Assembly: GCA_050872805.1 (NCBI GenBank)
Contig: JBNMHN010000002.1
Coordinates: 1-51,551 of the forward strand
Direction of reading: 5' to 3'
Source of the DNA: Clostridia bacterium
GTDB taxonomy: Bacteria; Bacillota; Clostridia; Christensenellales; UBA1242
Length of the DNA stretch: 51,551 bases
Shown here: positions 43,413-51,240 of the stretch, piece after piece
How the letters are laid out: each line of letters begins with the position of its first letter
Position numbering within the stretch: the first letter of the stretch is position 1
The notes under the pieces: generated by a model
Seen by the model: only the letters and a program-made list of their open reading frames with translations
Database searches by the model: none
What the model was told of the DNA's origin: nothing
Position numbers and translations under genes: made by a program

Positions 43413-43655
43413 ATGCCGAGAGATTATGATGACACAATAGATTCAATACAATATGGCGTGTTACACATAGGAAGCAATACTGCAAACTCAGATTTTAGAA
43501 TAACATCAGCAATAAAGCGCACATACTTAAACGATGAGTGCGAGGTGTGCGGTGAACCAATATATTATTCGCAATACCACATATGTAATAGGTGTCGTAT
43601 CGCAGCACAAAAATTCAAAGACTGTTTAACCGAGGAGGACGTAAGGAATGGCTAA
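43413..43655 (+). CDS. zinc-finger protein (80 aa)
   Basis: CEVCG...CNRC pairs; ATG 43413 preferred over GTG 43401. Confidence 0.55.
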   Translation: MPRDYDDTIDSIQYGVLHIGSNTANSDFRITSAIKRTYLNDECEVCGEPIYYSQYHICNRCRIAAQKFKDCLTEEDVRNG

Positions 43656-45615
43656 AGATTTTGGACAATACCTCGTGAACATTGCGGACGTTCCGTATGT
43701 GAGAGAAAGTACCGAGCGCGTGCTGACTGGATTCCCAGACCTTGATTTCTTCAATAAGGGGATTGAGGTTGGGTTGACTGAAATACTGGGGCAAACAAAC
43801 TGTGTTGACTGTGATACAGAATATTTTAACGGTAGCGAGTGGAAAAAGATAAGCGAATACACGTACGGCGAAAAAGTTTTGCAATTCACGCAAGACCAAA
43901 GAGCCGAGTTGGTAACACCGCTTGCATACCACAAAACGGCGTGCGATACGCTTACACTTATGCAAAACGGCAGAAAGTCAATAAATCAATGCTTATCGGA
44001 CAACCACAAGTTCATTTATAGAAGTAAAAAATCTGGTAAGATTGTGGATGTTAAGTTCGGAGACATAAAAAAGCGTATTCCAAGCACTGCCGAAGTAATA
44101 ACGGCGTTCAATTTTGACAGTTTTGGCGACTTTGAAATTGACGAGTGGCTTTTGCGACTGTTTATTGCCGTTTCGGCTGATGGACATTTCCCAAAGAACA
44201 ACAGCACTAACTATTGCCAAGTCAATTTGAAACACAAATACAAGAAAGACAGGCTCGAAATGTTGCTCGCAAAGTGTGGCATTGCTTATAGAAAAGTAAA
44301 AAACAACCCAAGAGACCAAGCGTTCGACACATACACTTTTTACCCGCCCGAAAAAATAAAAGAGTTCCCTAAAACGTGGTATAATATGACAAAACACTGT
44401 TTCGAGATTATATACGACGAGGTTTTTAAGTGGGACGGCGAAGAAAAAAGACAAAAGTTATACCGCACGATAATCAAGAACAATGCAGACTTCATACAGT
44501 TTGTATGTTCGGCTCTCGGCAATAGGACAAGCATACACACAGATACAAGGCTCGGTGGCAAGTTTAAGCACTACTGTTACGAGGTAAGAAGTTGCGGTGG
44601 AAACGACTGTTACATCGCTATGAAAGGTGCAAGACCTATTAGTTTTTTGGATTACAAAACGAAAGACGGTTTTATGTATTGCTTTACAGTTCCGAGCGGG
44701 ATGTTGGTGTTGCGCAGAGAAAACGCAATTAACATAACTGGAAATTGTGGAAAGAGTATATTAACATCGTCGTTGATAAGTCGTGCAATCGACCAGCACT
44801 ACAAGGTCGGCGTGTTCGCTGGCGAGCATAGTTTGAAAACCTACAAACAACTGCTGTACCAACAAAATGCGAAGAAAGGTGAGTTCGAGATAATTCCGTT
44901 CCGCGACGCAAACGGAAACGACACAAACATTGCGGACTGGTTCGTCAACGAAAAAGCCGAGGAACGAATCGCCAAGAAGTTCAACGACAACTTGTTCTTG
45001 TTCAATGTTGAAAAGGACGAGAGAGACATAGACACGCTTATCGGAACAATATTGTACGGTTACAAGGAACACGGCATACGCTTTTGGGTAATTGACAACC
45101 TAATGGAAATCGACAACAAGGCGTCAAACCAATGGCAAGAGCAAACGGGTATCGGCAACAAACTACGCAATGTATTCGTGCAAAATGGGCTGTTCGGAGT
45201 TTTGGTAATGCACACCAACAAGAGCGATGTTTTGCGAGTGAATATTCGTGACGCTTTTGGCTCGTCGAACATCACGAACAAAGGCTACCGAATTTGGGTA
45301 TTGTACCGCAAGGACTATATGTTCGCAAAGCAAGGGCAAGAGCGAGAGCTTGACCGCATAAAACGCGATTTGGCAGCGAATGGCTTTGACTACGACCAAT
45401 GTGACGGATTCATTGATACAATTAAAACAAAGGGCAATAGAAACGGAATAATGGGCATTGTATACGACGCCGAAACAAAAACATACAAGCAAGCCCCGAA
45501 AATAAGCCAAACCGAGGCTGACAAAATATATAAAAGAACAGTAAAGCAAGAATCAGTTGACAATATATTCGACGATATGGAGTATGTTGACGAACAAGAT
45601 GATTTACCATTTTAG
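43648..45615 (+). CDS. DnaB/RecA-fold replicative helicase-like ATPase interrupted by an intein
   Basis: Exteins join to GQTN|CGKS (Walker A GxxxxGKS); VIDNLMEID Walker B-like; VLVMHTNK; C-terminal DEQDDLPF. Confidence 0.8.
   Translation: MAKDFGQYLVNIADVPYVRESTERVLTGFPDLDFFNKGIEVGLTEILGQTNCVDCDTEYFNGSEWKKISEYTYGEKVLQFTQDQRAELVTPLAYHKTACDTLTLMQNGRKSINQCLSDNHKFIYRSKKSGKIVDVKFGDIKKRIPSTAEVITAFNFDSFGDFEIDEWLLRLFIAVSADGHFPKNNSTNYCQVNLKHKYKKDRLEMLLAKCGIAYRKVKNNPRDQAFDTYTFYPPEKIKEFPKTWYNMTKHCFEIIYDEVFKWDGEEKRQKLYRTIIKNNADFIQFVCSALGNRTSIHTDTRLGGKFKHYCYEVRSCGGNDCYIAMKGARPISFLDYKTKDGFMYCFTVPSGMLVLRRENAINITGNCGKSILTSSLISRAIDQHYKVGVFAGEHSLKTYKQLLYQQNAKKGEFEIIPFRDANGNDTNIADWFVNEKAEERIAKKFNDNLFLFNVEKDERDIDTLIGTILYGYKEHGIRFWVIDNLMEIDNKASNQWQEQTGIGNKLRNVFVQNGLFGVLVMHTNKSDVLRVNIRDAFGSSNITNKGYRIWVLYRKDYMFAKQGQERELDRIKRDLAANGFDYDQCDGFIDTIKTKGNRNGIMGIVYDAETKTYKQAPKISQTEADKIYKRTVKQESVDNIFDDMEYVDEQDDLPF
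43801..44745 (+). mobile_element. 315-aa intein with LAGLIDADG homing endonuclease domain inserted in the helicase P-loop
   Basis: N-terminal Cys (CVDCD); block B LSDNHKF; LAGLIDADG-like LLRLFIAVSADGHF and FIQFVCSALGNRTSI; C-terminal ...NITGN followed by extein +1 Cys. Confidence 0.8.
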
Positions 45616-45623
45616 GAGCGATA

Positions 45624-46199
45624 ATGGAAGAAATTTGGAAAGACATACCTGATTATGAGGGAATTTATCAAGCGAGCAATTTGGGAAGAATAAGAACCGC
45701 CCCAAACAAAACTACTTATACCGAATTGCGAGGCGTAAGGCATTGGAAGATGCGAATAATGAAAGGGAAAGGCAATAATAAGCACACTGGCGCAAGAGTT
45801 GGTTTGTGGAAAAACGGCAAATGCAAAGATTGGCTTGTTGCGAGACTCGTGGCAATTACATTTTTAGGTAAGCCGAGTCCAGATAAAAACACAGTAAACC
45901 ATATTAACGGGAACAGGCTCGATAATAGAATTGAAAATCTTGAATGGCTAAGTCTTGCAGATAATATACGGCACGCTGTTGATACAAACCTGTGTTCGCA
46001 AAACAAAATAATAACGCTAATTTCTGCTGAAGAAAAGAAAACATTTCGTTCGTTTTGCACTGCATCAAAATTTTTAGGGAAATGCAATGGTTATGTGTCT
46101 AACACAATAAAAGCAAAAAGAAAATTGGTTGGTAGCGATGGAAAAATATGGGACTATATTATAGTCGGAAATAAAAAGAAAAATAAACAGGAGGAATAA
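45624..46199 (+). CDS. free-standing HNH homing endonuclease (NUMOD4-like N-terminus plus HNH_3-like core)
   Basis: WKDIPDYEGIYQASNLGRIRT and VNHINGNRLDNRIENLEWLSLADN. Confidence 0.8.
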   Translation: MEEIWKDIPDYEGIYQASNLGRIRTAPNKTTYTELRGVRHWKMRIMKGKGNNKHTGARVGLWKNGKCKDWLVARLVAITFLGKPSPDKNTVNHINGNRLDNRIENLEWLSLADNIRHAVDTNLCSQNKIITLISAEEKKTFRSFCTASKFLGKCNGYVSNTIKAKRKLVGSDGKIWDYIIVGNKKKNKQEE

Positions 46200-46201
46200 A
46201 T

Positions 46202-46567
46202 ATGCCGACAATGGACGAACTTCGGCTATTGCAAGCACTACCGCTTGAACTAAAAGTCGAAAAAACAAAAGCAAGAATACGAGAGTTTGTGCAACACTAC
46301 GGCGAAGATAATGTCGCTGTCGCATTTAGCGGTGGCAAGGACAGCACAGTTTTGTTGCATATTGTGCGAGAAATTTACCCAGATGTTTTGGCGGTGTTCA
46401 TTAACACTGGACTTGAATACCCCGAACTTCAACACTTTGTGCGCCAATTCGAGAACGTCGAGATTGTACGACCGACAATGCGTTTCGACGAGGTAATCAA
46501 ATTGTATCGATGTTCTCAACAAAATATACGGAAAAGATTTTATAAAATATTAGGAGGAAAACTATGA
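46202..46567 (+). pseudogene. truncated PAPS-reductase / PP-loop ATPase family gene (N-terminal ~105 aa only)
   Basis: PP-loop AFSGGKDS and VFINTGLEYPE are present, but similarity ends after ...FDEVIKLY and the ORF stops at 121 aa. Confidence 0.6.
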
Positions 46568-46860
46568 AAACTTGTTTTGTAATAAAAATGGTTGACACTT
46601 ATGGCGAGGAACACATCGCTGGCGTGACAATGACTGAAGAAAAAGCCGAAGCAAAGGTCGAGGAGTTCAAAAAGCATATACGCGAGACGAGTCGCTACGA
46701 CAAGTGCTGCATTTGTGAAGAAAATGGCTGGAAGATTGACGGGAAACGTCCCGAGTGCTATTATAACGACGGGACTCTTGGTGGCGACGACTGCTGGGAG
46801 CAAGTAATCTTCGAGGACGATTCATATTTTTATATAACCGAGGAGGAATTTTATGGTTAA
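46564..46860 (+). CDS. hypothetical protein (98 aa)
   Basis: ORF track; AGGAGGA RBS; ATGA overlap. Confidence 0.6.
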   Translation: MKTCFVIKMVDTYGEEHIAGVTMTEEKAEAKVEEFKKHIRETSRYDKCCICEENGWKIDGKRPECYYNDGTLGGDDCWEQVIFEDDSYFYITEEEFYG

Positions 46861-47185
46861 TAGTTGTGCGGAAACTTACACTGTTGAGAAATACGCATTA
46901 GAACGCGCTAAAGCCCGTTTTAGCACGCTTTACGCCGTGTTTTGGATTTGGGCACGAGGCGAGGGCTACGACGTCGCTATGGGGGCAATGAAAGAGGCGT
47001 GGCAAAAATACGCCGAAACGGAAATGTCAGAACAAGACAAAGTGCTTTTTGAGGGCGAGTTCGGCGTAGATATACGAAACGAATTCAACAAATTTTGCGC
47101 TGAAAAGTTGGCACAAGAACGAGAAAATAGAAAGGAGGAAATAAAAAATGACAAACGAAATGAAACAAAAACTGCAAAGCATTAA
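46853..47185 (+). CDS. hypothetical protein (110 aa)
   Basis: ORF track. Confidence 0.5.
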   Translation: MVNSCAETYTVEKYALERAKARFSTLYAVFWIWARGEGYDVAMGAMKEAWQKYAETEMSEQDKVLFEGEFGVDIRNEFNKFCAEKLAQERENRKEEIKNDKRNETKTAKH

Positions 47186-47303
47186 CGCTACAATTTCGAG
47201 CTATGAAACTGGCGAGAAGTGGGTTGACTCGGACGGGGCAATTTACAACATAGAAAGAAAACCAATAGACTGGAATCTTATAATCAAAAAAGGAGATAAA
47301 TAG
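47148..47303 (+). CDS. small hypothetical protein (51 aa, below track cut-off)
   Basis: AAAGGAGGA RBS; MTNEMKQKLQSINATISSYETGEKWVDSDGAIYNIERKPIDWNLIIKKGDK; stop abuts the next ATG. Confidence 0.4.
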   Translation: MTNEMKQKLQSINATISSYETGEKWVDSDGAIYNIERKPIDWNLIIKKGDK

Positions 47304-47570
47304 ATGAAAAACGCAGATTTGCAAAAAGCACTTGACACTATGAAATGGTTGGCAAGCGAAGAAATGGACAAAGATATGAGTGGCGAAATGGTGTATTGCC
47401 CGTACTGCTCAATGTGTGACGACGACGGAAATTGTGGACAAACACAAGAACAAAGAGTCGAAAACAACTACTGCGCCAAAGCGTACAACAAAATGAAAAA
47501 GAAAGGTGAGAGCTTTGACGAAGTGGACAAAATTGTGGAGGCGTTAGTAAATGCAAACAAGTGTAAGTAA
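47304..47570 (+). CDS. hypothetical Cys-rich protein (88 aa)
   Basis: ORF track; AAAGGAG RBS. Confidence 0.6.
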   Translation: MKNADLQKALDTMKWLASEEMDKDMSGEMVYCPYCSMCDDDGNCGQTQEQRVENNYCAKAYNKMKKKGESFDEVDKIVEALVNANKCK

Positions 47571-47748
47571 CGATGAATTGATGGTCAAGCTCTACGCTAT
47601 AGAGGGCATACTTAAAGAGTTTTGGAAATATATTATTAGAACCAACGCCGCAATATCAAACAAAGATGAGCAATGCGAGGTTATAAACAAATACTTCGAC
47701 GAAGTTTGCGAGTGGACAAAATTAGCCGAAAAAAGAATAAGCAAGTAA
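47551..47748 (+). CDS. hypothetical protein (65 aa), last gene of the plus-strand module
   Basis: ORF track; followed by a terminator. Confidence 0.55.
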   Translation: MQTSVSNDELMVKLYAIEGILKEFWKYIIRTNAAISNKDEQCEVINKYFDEVCEWTKLAEKRISK

Positions 47749-47749
47749 A

Positions 47750-47844
47750 AAGTAAAAGGGCGGTCGTGCACAAACCGCTCTTTTTTTATCCAGTATTAGC
47801 TCTGGCAACTGCGCACCTATTCTACTGCCCAATATGCGCTGGGC
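47750..47844 (-). ncRNA. candidate ~95-nt small RNA
   Basis: Lies between the TTGACA-17-TATTAT promoter (47851-47879) and the bidirectional terminator; 5' hairpin GCCCA-GCGCATAT-TGGGC; no ORF. Confidence 0.35.
47758..47787. terminator. bidirectional intrinsic terminator
   Basis: GGGCGGT-CGTGCACAA-ACCGCTC flanked by TTTTTTT on the plus strand and TTTTACTTTTT on the minus strand. Confidence 0.75.
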
Positions 47845-47850
47845 GATTAT

Positions 47851-47879
47851 ATAATAAACCGAAACAAACAATTTGTCAA
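47851..47879 (-). promoter_or_regulatory. near-consensus promoter TTGACA-17-TATTAT
   Basis: -35 at 47879-47874, -10 at 47856-47851, 17-nt spacer. Confidence 0.6.
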
Positions 47880-48165
47880 TATGCAATCCAATATCTATCT
47901 ACTAGCATATCTGAACAGCCCCAAAGGTCGTTCAAAACTCTACACGTCGTCTACAACAACCGAAAAAACCGCCAAAACTGACGGTTCTCTCGGGTTTTTC
48001 ATTTGGGAGGTCTATGCCTGTGGCTCAACGTCACAATAGCGTTATAGTTTGTGCTGGGGCTTAAAGGGGCTTTTTCACGTCGTCTCGTGTTATCCTCCCC
48101 AGCCGCCACTCGGTGAGACTTTTTGACCGTCTCGCCTATGGTCGAACCGTTTAGACGAATAGGTT

Positions 48166-48239
48166 TGGCGGGCAATGCTGGAATCGAACCAACATATGTC
48201 GATTAACAGTCGAGCGTTCTACCTTTGAACTAATCGCCC
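48166..48239 (-). tRNA. tRNA-Asn (anticodon GTT), 74 nt with encoded CCA
   Basis: Manual cloverleaf: acceptor GGGCGAT/ATTGCCC; D arm GTTC-AAAGGTA-GAAC; anticodon loop CTGTTAA; T arm GTTGG-TTCGATT-CCAGC; discriminator G. Confidence 0.85.
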
Positions 48240-48297
48240 ATAATCTAACGTGCTTCCAATTCGCACTTAGGTCAGCACATTTTGGCTACGTACATAC

Positions 48298-48326
48298 ATA
48301 TTAGCACATAGCGGTGCAAAAGTCAA
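48298..48326 (-). promoter_or_regulatory. promoter TTGACT-17-TAATAT upstream of tRNA-Asn
   Basis: -35 at 48326-48321, -10 at 48303-48298, 17-nt spacer, about 50 nt before the tRNA 5' end. Confidence 0.6.
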
Positions 48327-48382
48327 TAGAAAATGAGAAAACCGACCAAAAGTTCGGGAAACGGAACGAAAAGTGTAATTAT

Positions 48383-48411
48383 AATGTACTACTCCGTCGT
48401 TGTTTTGTCAA
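48383..48411 (-). promoter_or_regulatory. possible second upstream promoter TTGACA-17-TACATT
   Basis: -35 at 48411-48406, -10 at 48388-48383. Confidence 0.4.
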
Positions 48412-48484
48412 GCACGTTGGCAAACTTTTTCTTGTAACGCCACCTATACTGCCTAGTCTTCTTTATAATAATACTTGATTTTGC

Positions 48485-48517
48485 CTATAAAAAACCCCAA
48501 CCATTGAAGTCGGGGTT
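48485..48517 (-). terminator. intrinsic terminator after membrane-protein cassette
   Basis: Minus strand AACCCCGA-CTTCAATG-GTTGGGGTT followed by TTTTTT, 9 nt after the stop at 48526. Confidence 0.65.
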
Positions 48518-48525
48518 CGGCTTTG

Positions 48526-49461
48526 TTATTTGCGCTCCAAGTAATCAACAAGCGTTCCAGTGAATTCGCCTCTGGCAACAGCCGCTTGGTAATCTGCTTT
48601 GAGTTGCGCGATTTTGGCGTTTCGCTCTGCTTCTTGTTTCTTCGCTTCGGCTGCTTTTTCGGCTTCGAGAATCGCTTTTTTTGCGTCTTCTTCGGCTTGT
48701 TCGTCAGCCTCAATTTGCTTCTTAATAGCTTCTTTTTCTGCTTTCTCTGCTTTTGCACGCTCTTTGTCGGCTTTCTTTATTGACTTTTCAGCAGCCTCGC
48801 TCTCTTTGCGGGCGTCGTACTGTTCTTGTGTTTCAAGCCCTTTGCCATTTACACCGAGTTGTGTAATAACAAACATAACCACAGACACAATAACGCCAAT
48901 AACGTAAACTGACCACTGCGGAATTTGGACGTTACCAACAATAAAACCGCCAGATGTTAATGCGCCAGCACCAAGAGAACTTATGAGGTTCGTGATTGTT
49001 GCGGTGTTTGTCTTTACGTTGCGTTTGAGATATGCGAAAAGATTTATGAAGAAGTTTTTTGCAACAACTTTCTTGTTTTCTTTGTTATCCATTCCAAATA
49101 TGCTCCTAAAAAAAGATACTAATTTTGTGGTTTTGTCGTTACCCTGCCTGTAAGTTATCTTCTTTACGACTGGCTTTATGAGTATCACCAAACCCTTTAC
49201 CGAGTTTTTAGCACTTACTTTTATTATTCCAGTCAAAGCAACCGTCACTGCGAACGATAGGGCTTTCGCCGCTAACGCCGTTATGCTCCAAGCAATAGCC
49301 TCCTCCAGCAATTCCTCAATTATGCCATATGTTAGCAACAAGACTATGCTTTTTACGTAACCCCAGTCAGCTGCCAGCCTGCTGCGCGACGGGAGCACGA
49401 TTTTTTTCACGTTATCCGATGATTCCCACGATAGGTGTTTCTTCTTGCGCAACGGGTTCAT
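48526..49461 (-). CDS. membrane protein with Lys/Glu/Ala-rich coiled-coil C-terminus (311 aa)
   Basis: Several hydrophobic segments (e.g. VYVIGVIVSVVMFVITQLG), then about 90 aa of EAAEKSIKKADKERAKAEKAEKE-type repeats; GGAGGTG RBS. Confidence 0.65.
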   Translation of the reverse strand: MNPLRKKKHLSWESSDNVKKIVLPSRSRLAADWGYVKSIVLLLTYGIIEELLEEAIAWSITALAAKALSFAVTVALTGIIKVSAKNSVKGLVILIKPVVKKITYRQGNDKTTKLVSFFRSIFGMDNKENKKVVAKNFFINLFAYLKRNVKTNTATITNLISSLGAGALTSGGFIVGNVQIPQWSVYVIGVIVSVVMFVITQLGVNGKGLETQEQYDARKESEAAEKSIKKADKERAKAEKAEKEAIKKQIEADEQAEEDAKKAILEAEKAAEAKKQEAERNAKIAQLKADYQAAVARGEFTGTLVDYLERK

Positions 49462-49720
49462 CTTGCACCTCCGCTACGACTTCGGGTTCAACGACACCGA
49501 GCTTGTGCCTCAAATACTCACGATATGCCGTAAGCTTTTCGACATATTCGACATTATCATACTCCGCAAGTGCGCTTTCTGCATTTTCGAGTTCGATTCG
49601 CGCTTGTTCGACTCTTTCAATAGCGGCGTCTTTGCCGTTAAAGAACCTGTCGCATTCGGTGAGTTTGGTTCGCATACGTTCGTCATAGTCGACAATTTCT
49701 ACGCTGTTTACGTTTTCCAT
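49412..49720 (-). CDS. acidic coiled-coil hypothetical protein (102 aa)
   Basis: ORF track. Confidence 0.55.
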   Translation of the reverse strand: MENVNSVEIVDYDERMRTKLTECDRFFNGKDAAIERVEQARIELENAESALAEYDNVEYVEKLTAYREYLRHKLGVVEPEVVAEVQDEPVAQEETPIVGIIG

Positions 49721-49745
49721 ATATCTTAATCTCCTAATGATATTC

Positions 49746-50363
49746 TTATATAATTTTCAGTCCACCCAGTACGCCGAGCGTAATTACGCCAGCCACCAAC
49801 AGACCGAATATAATCCAGACCGCGACCTTAATTCTCGGTCGTGTGCGTTCGTCCGCTTTCTCGTAGCGGCAAATGATACCGTCAATCCCGTCAATCAACA
49901 TTCTTACAAATCCGCACGGCACTTTGATTACAAGTACTCCGATGAGATAGAATGGTGTCAAGAGCGGCACGACTATCATTTGTAACCACTTTGGCAAGTG
50001 CGATATGATGTTGAACGTGTCGAATAGTGCTTTGTTGCTGTCGTATTCAGCCTTTTGCACTTCGGTTTGAGCGTTAATGAAGTCCTTTTGCGTTTTTTTG
50101 ACTTTCGATTGTTGCTCGCCTATGAGTTCGTCTTGTTTGCCTTTTGCAAGTGCTTGGACAGTGGCTTCGTCCTCCACCGCCTTTGCAGTTGCCATTGCGT
50201 TCACAACATCTTTCGCTTGCTGCTCGTAGGTTTGGTTAGAATCGAGTTTGAATTTGACATCTTTCAAAGAAACATCGGCAATCGACTTGTCGGAAGTTTT
50301 GGCTACCGATTGTATCGCCTTTTCTTGCTTCTGCTCTTTTTCAAGTTCGTCAAAATTTGTCAT
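49746..50363 (-). CDS. membrane-anchored coiled-coil protein (205 aa)
   Basis: Track ORF 49746..50459 trimmed to ATG 50363 (MTNFDELEKEQ); two C-terminal hydrophobic segments. Confidence 0.6.
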   Translation of the reverse strand: MTNFDELEKEQKQEKAIQSVAKTSDKSIADVSLKDVKFKLDSNQTYEQQAKDVVNAMATAKAVEDEATVQALAKGKQDELIGEQQSKVKKTQKDFINAQTEVQKAEYDSNKALFDTFNIISHLPKWLQMIVVPLLTPFYLIGVLVIKVPCGFVRMLIDGIDGIICRYEKADERTRPRIKVAVWIIFGLLVAGVITLGVLGGLKII

Positions 50364-50516
50364 CTCAATCACGATATACCTCAATATATTAAGGTTCTCT
50401 TTCGGTCTTGACCTATTCGAGATTTCCCCGCTCAAGTGAACTAATGTCCACAGTATCAACAGGCTCTTCCTCTCTACCTGAGAGTGCTATGTCATTCTTC
50501 TTTTTTTTCAATTTTT

Positions 50517-50544
50517 ATTGTAGCACAATAATCCATAATGTCAA
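50517..50544 (-). promoter_or_regulatory. strong promoter TTGACA-16-(TG)C-TACAAT
   Basis: -35 at 50544-50539, extended -10 TGCTACAAT ending at 50517. Confidence 0.6.
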
Positions 50545-50574
50545 TACTTTATGCCAATTTTATTTGAAAAAGTT

Positions 50575-50973
50575 TCACTTACTTTCCAACTCGGTTTCAA
50601 GTGCGTTGATTTCGTCACGCCACGCTTGTCTTTGCGCTTTTATCGGCGCATAGTCAGTTTCGCTTATGAATCCCTCAAAATACTTGATTGCTTGATAGTC
50701 AGTTTGTGACAGTTTCGCCTTTATTTCGCTAATCTTGCGTTGTACCTCGTCGATTTCGGCTTGTTTTTGAAGTTGTTGCTCGTATTCGAGTTGTGCCAAG
50801 CGCATTGTTTCGAGTTCGGCTTGCGGAATGTCAATCAGCACTCCGTTCTCAAAACGCTTTGTGACTCCAATTTGTGCAAACTCCTCGTCCGTCAACTCGA
50901 TTGTGTCAGGCTTGCCCCTTAATGCCACGCTCTCCATCCAAGTCTTGTCGCTATAAAGTTTTAAGTATTTCAT
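50575..50973 (-). CDS. fibre assembly/chaperone-like protein candidate (132 aa)
   Basis: Follows the fibre cassette genes; coiled-coil middle; call by position and general resemblance only. Confidence 0.4.
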   Translation of the reverse strand: MKYLKLYSDKTWMESVALRGKPDTIELTDEEFAQIGVTKRFENGVLIDIPQAELETMRLAQLEYEQQLQKQAEIDEVQRKISEIKAKLSQTDYQAIKYFEGFISETDYAPIKAQRQAWRDEINALETELESK

Positions 50974-50982
50974 AGTCCCTCC

Positions 50983-51240
50983 TTATTCCGTGACTTCTTC
51001 CAATTCCCACCAAATTAGGTCAGCAATCGTACATTTACCATCTGTATAATTAGTAAAAGAAGAAACTTCAGTAGGTGTAGCCGTTGCAAAATTTACCATC
51101 ATCAGCCTTTTTCTTGCATCATCCACTTTTAATATGTTTGGTTCTGACGGGCTTATGCTGAACGGCGCAGCATACATATTCATCTTTATCATACTAGATA
51201 CAGGTACTTTGGATGGTGGTGTAATAGAGTTATTTGACAT
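50983..51240 (-). CDS. hypothetical protein (85 aa)
   Basis: ORF track; overlaps the upstream gene stop by 11 nt. Confidence 0.5.
   Translation of the reverse strand: MSNNSITPPSKVPVSSMIKMNMYAAPFSISPSEPNILKVDDARKRLMMVNFATATPTEVSSFTNYTDGKCTIADLIWWELEEVTE

Noticed and set aside
22662-48239. Stop-codon reassignment or suppressor tRNAs
   Set aside because: The three tRNA(-like) genes have sense anticodons (CCA, GTT, CTC). All large genes, up to 928 aa, are intact under the standard bacterial code.
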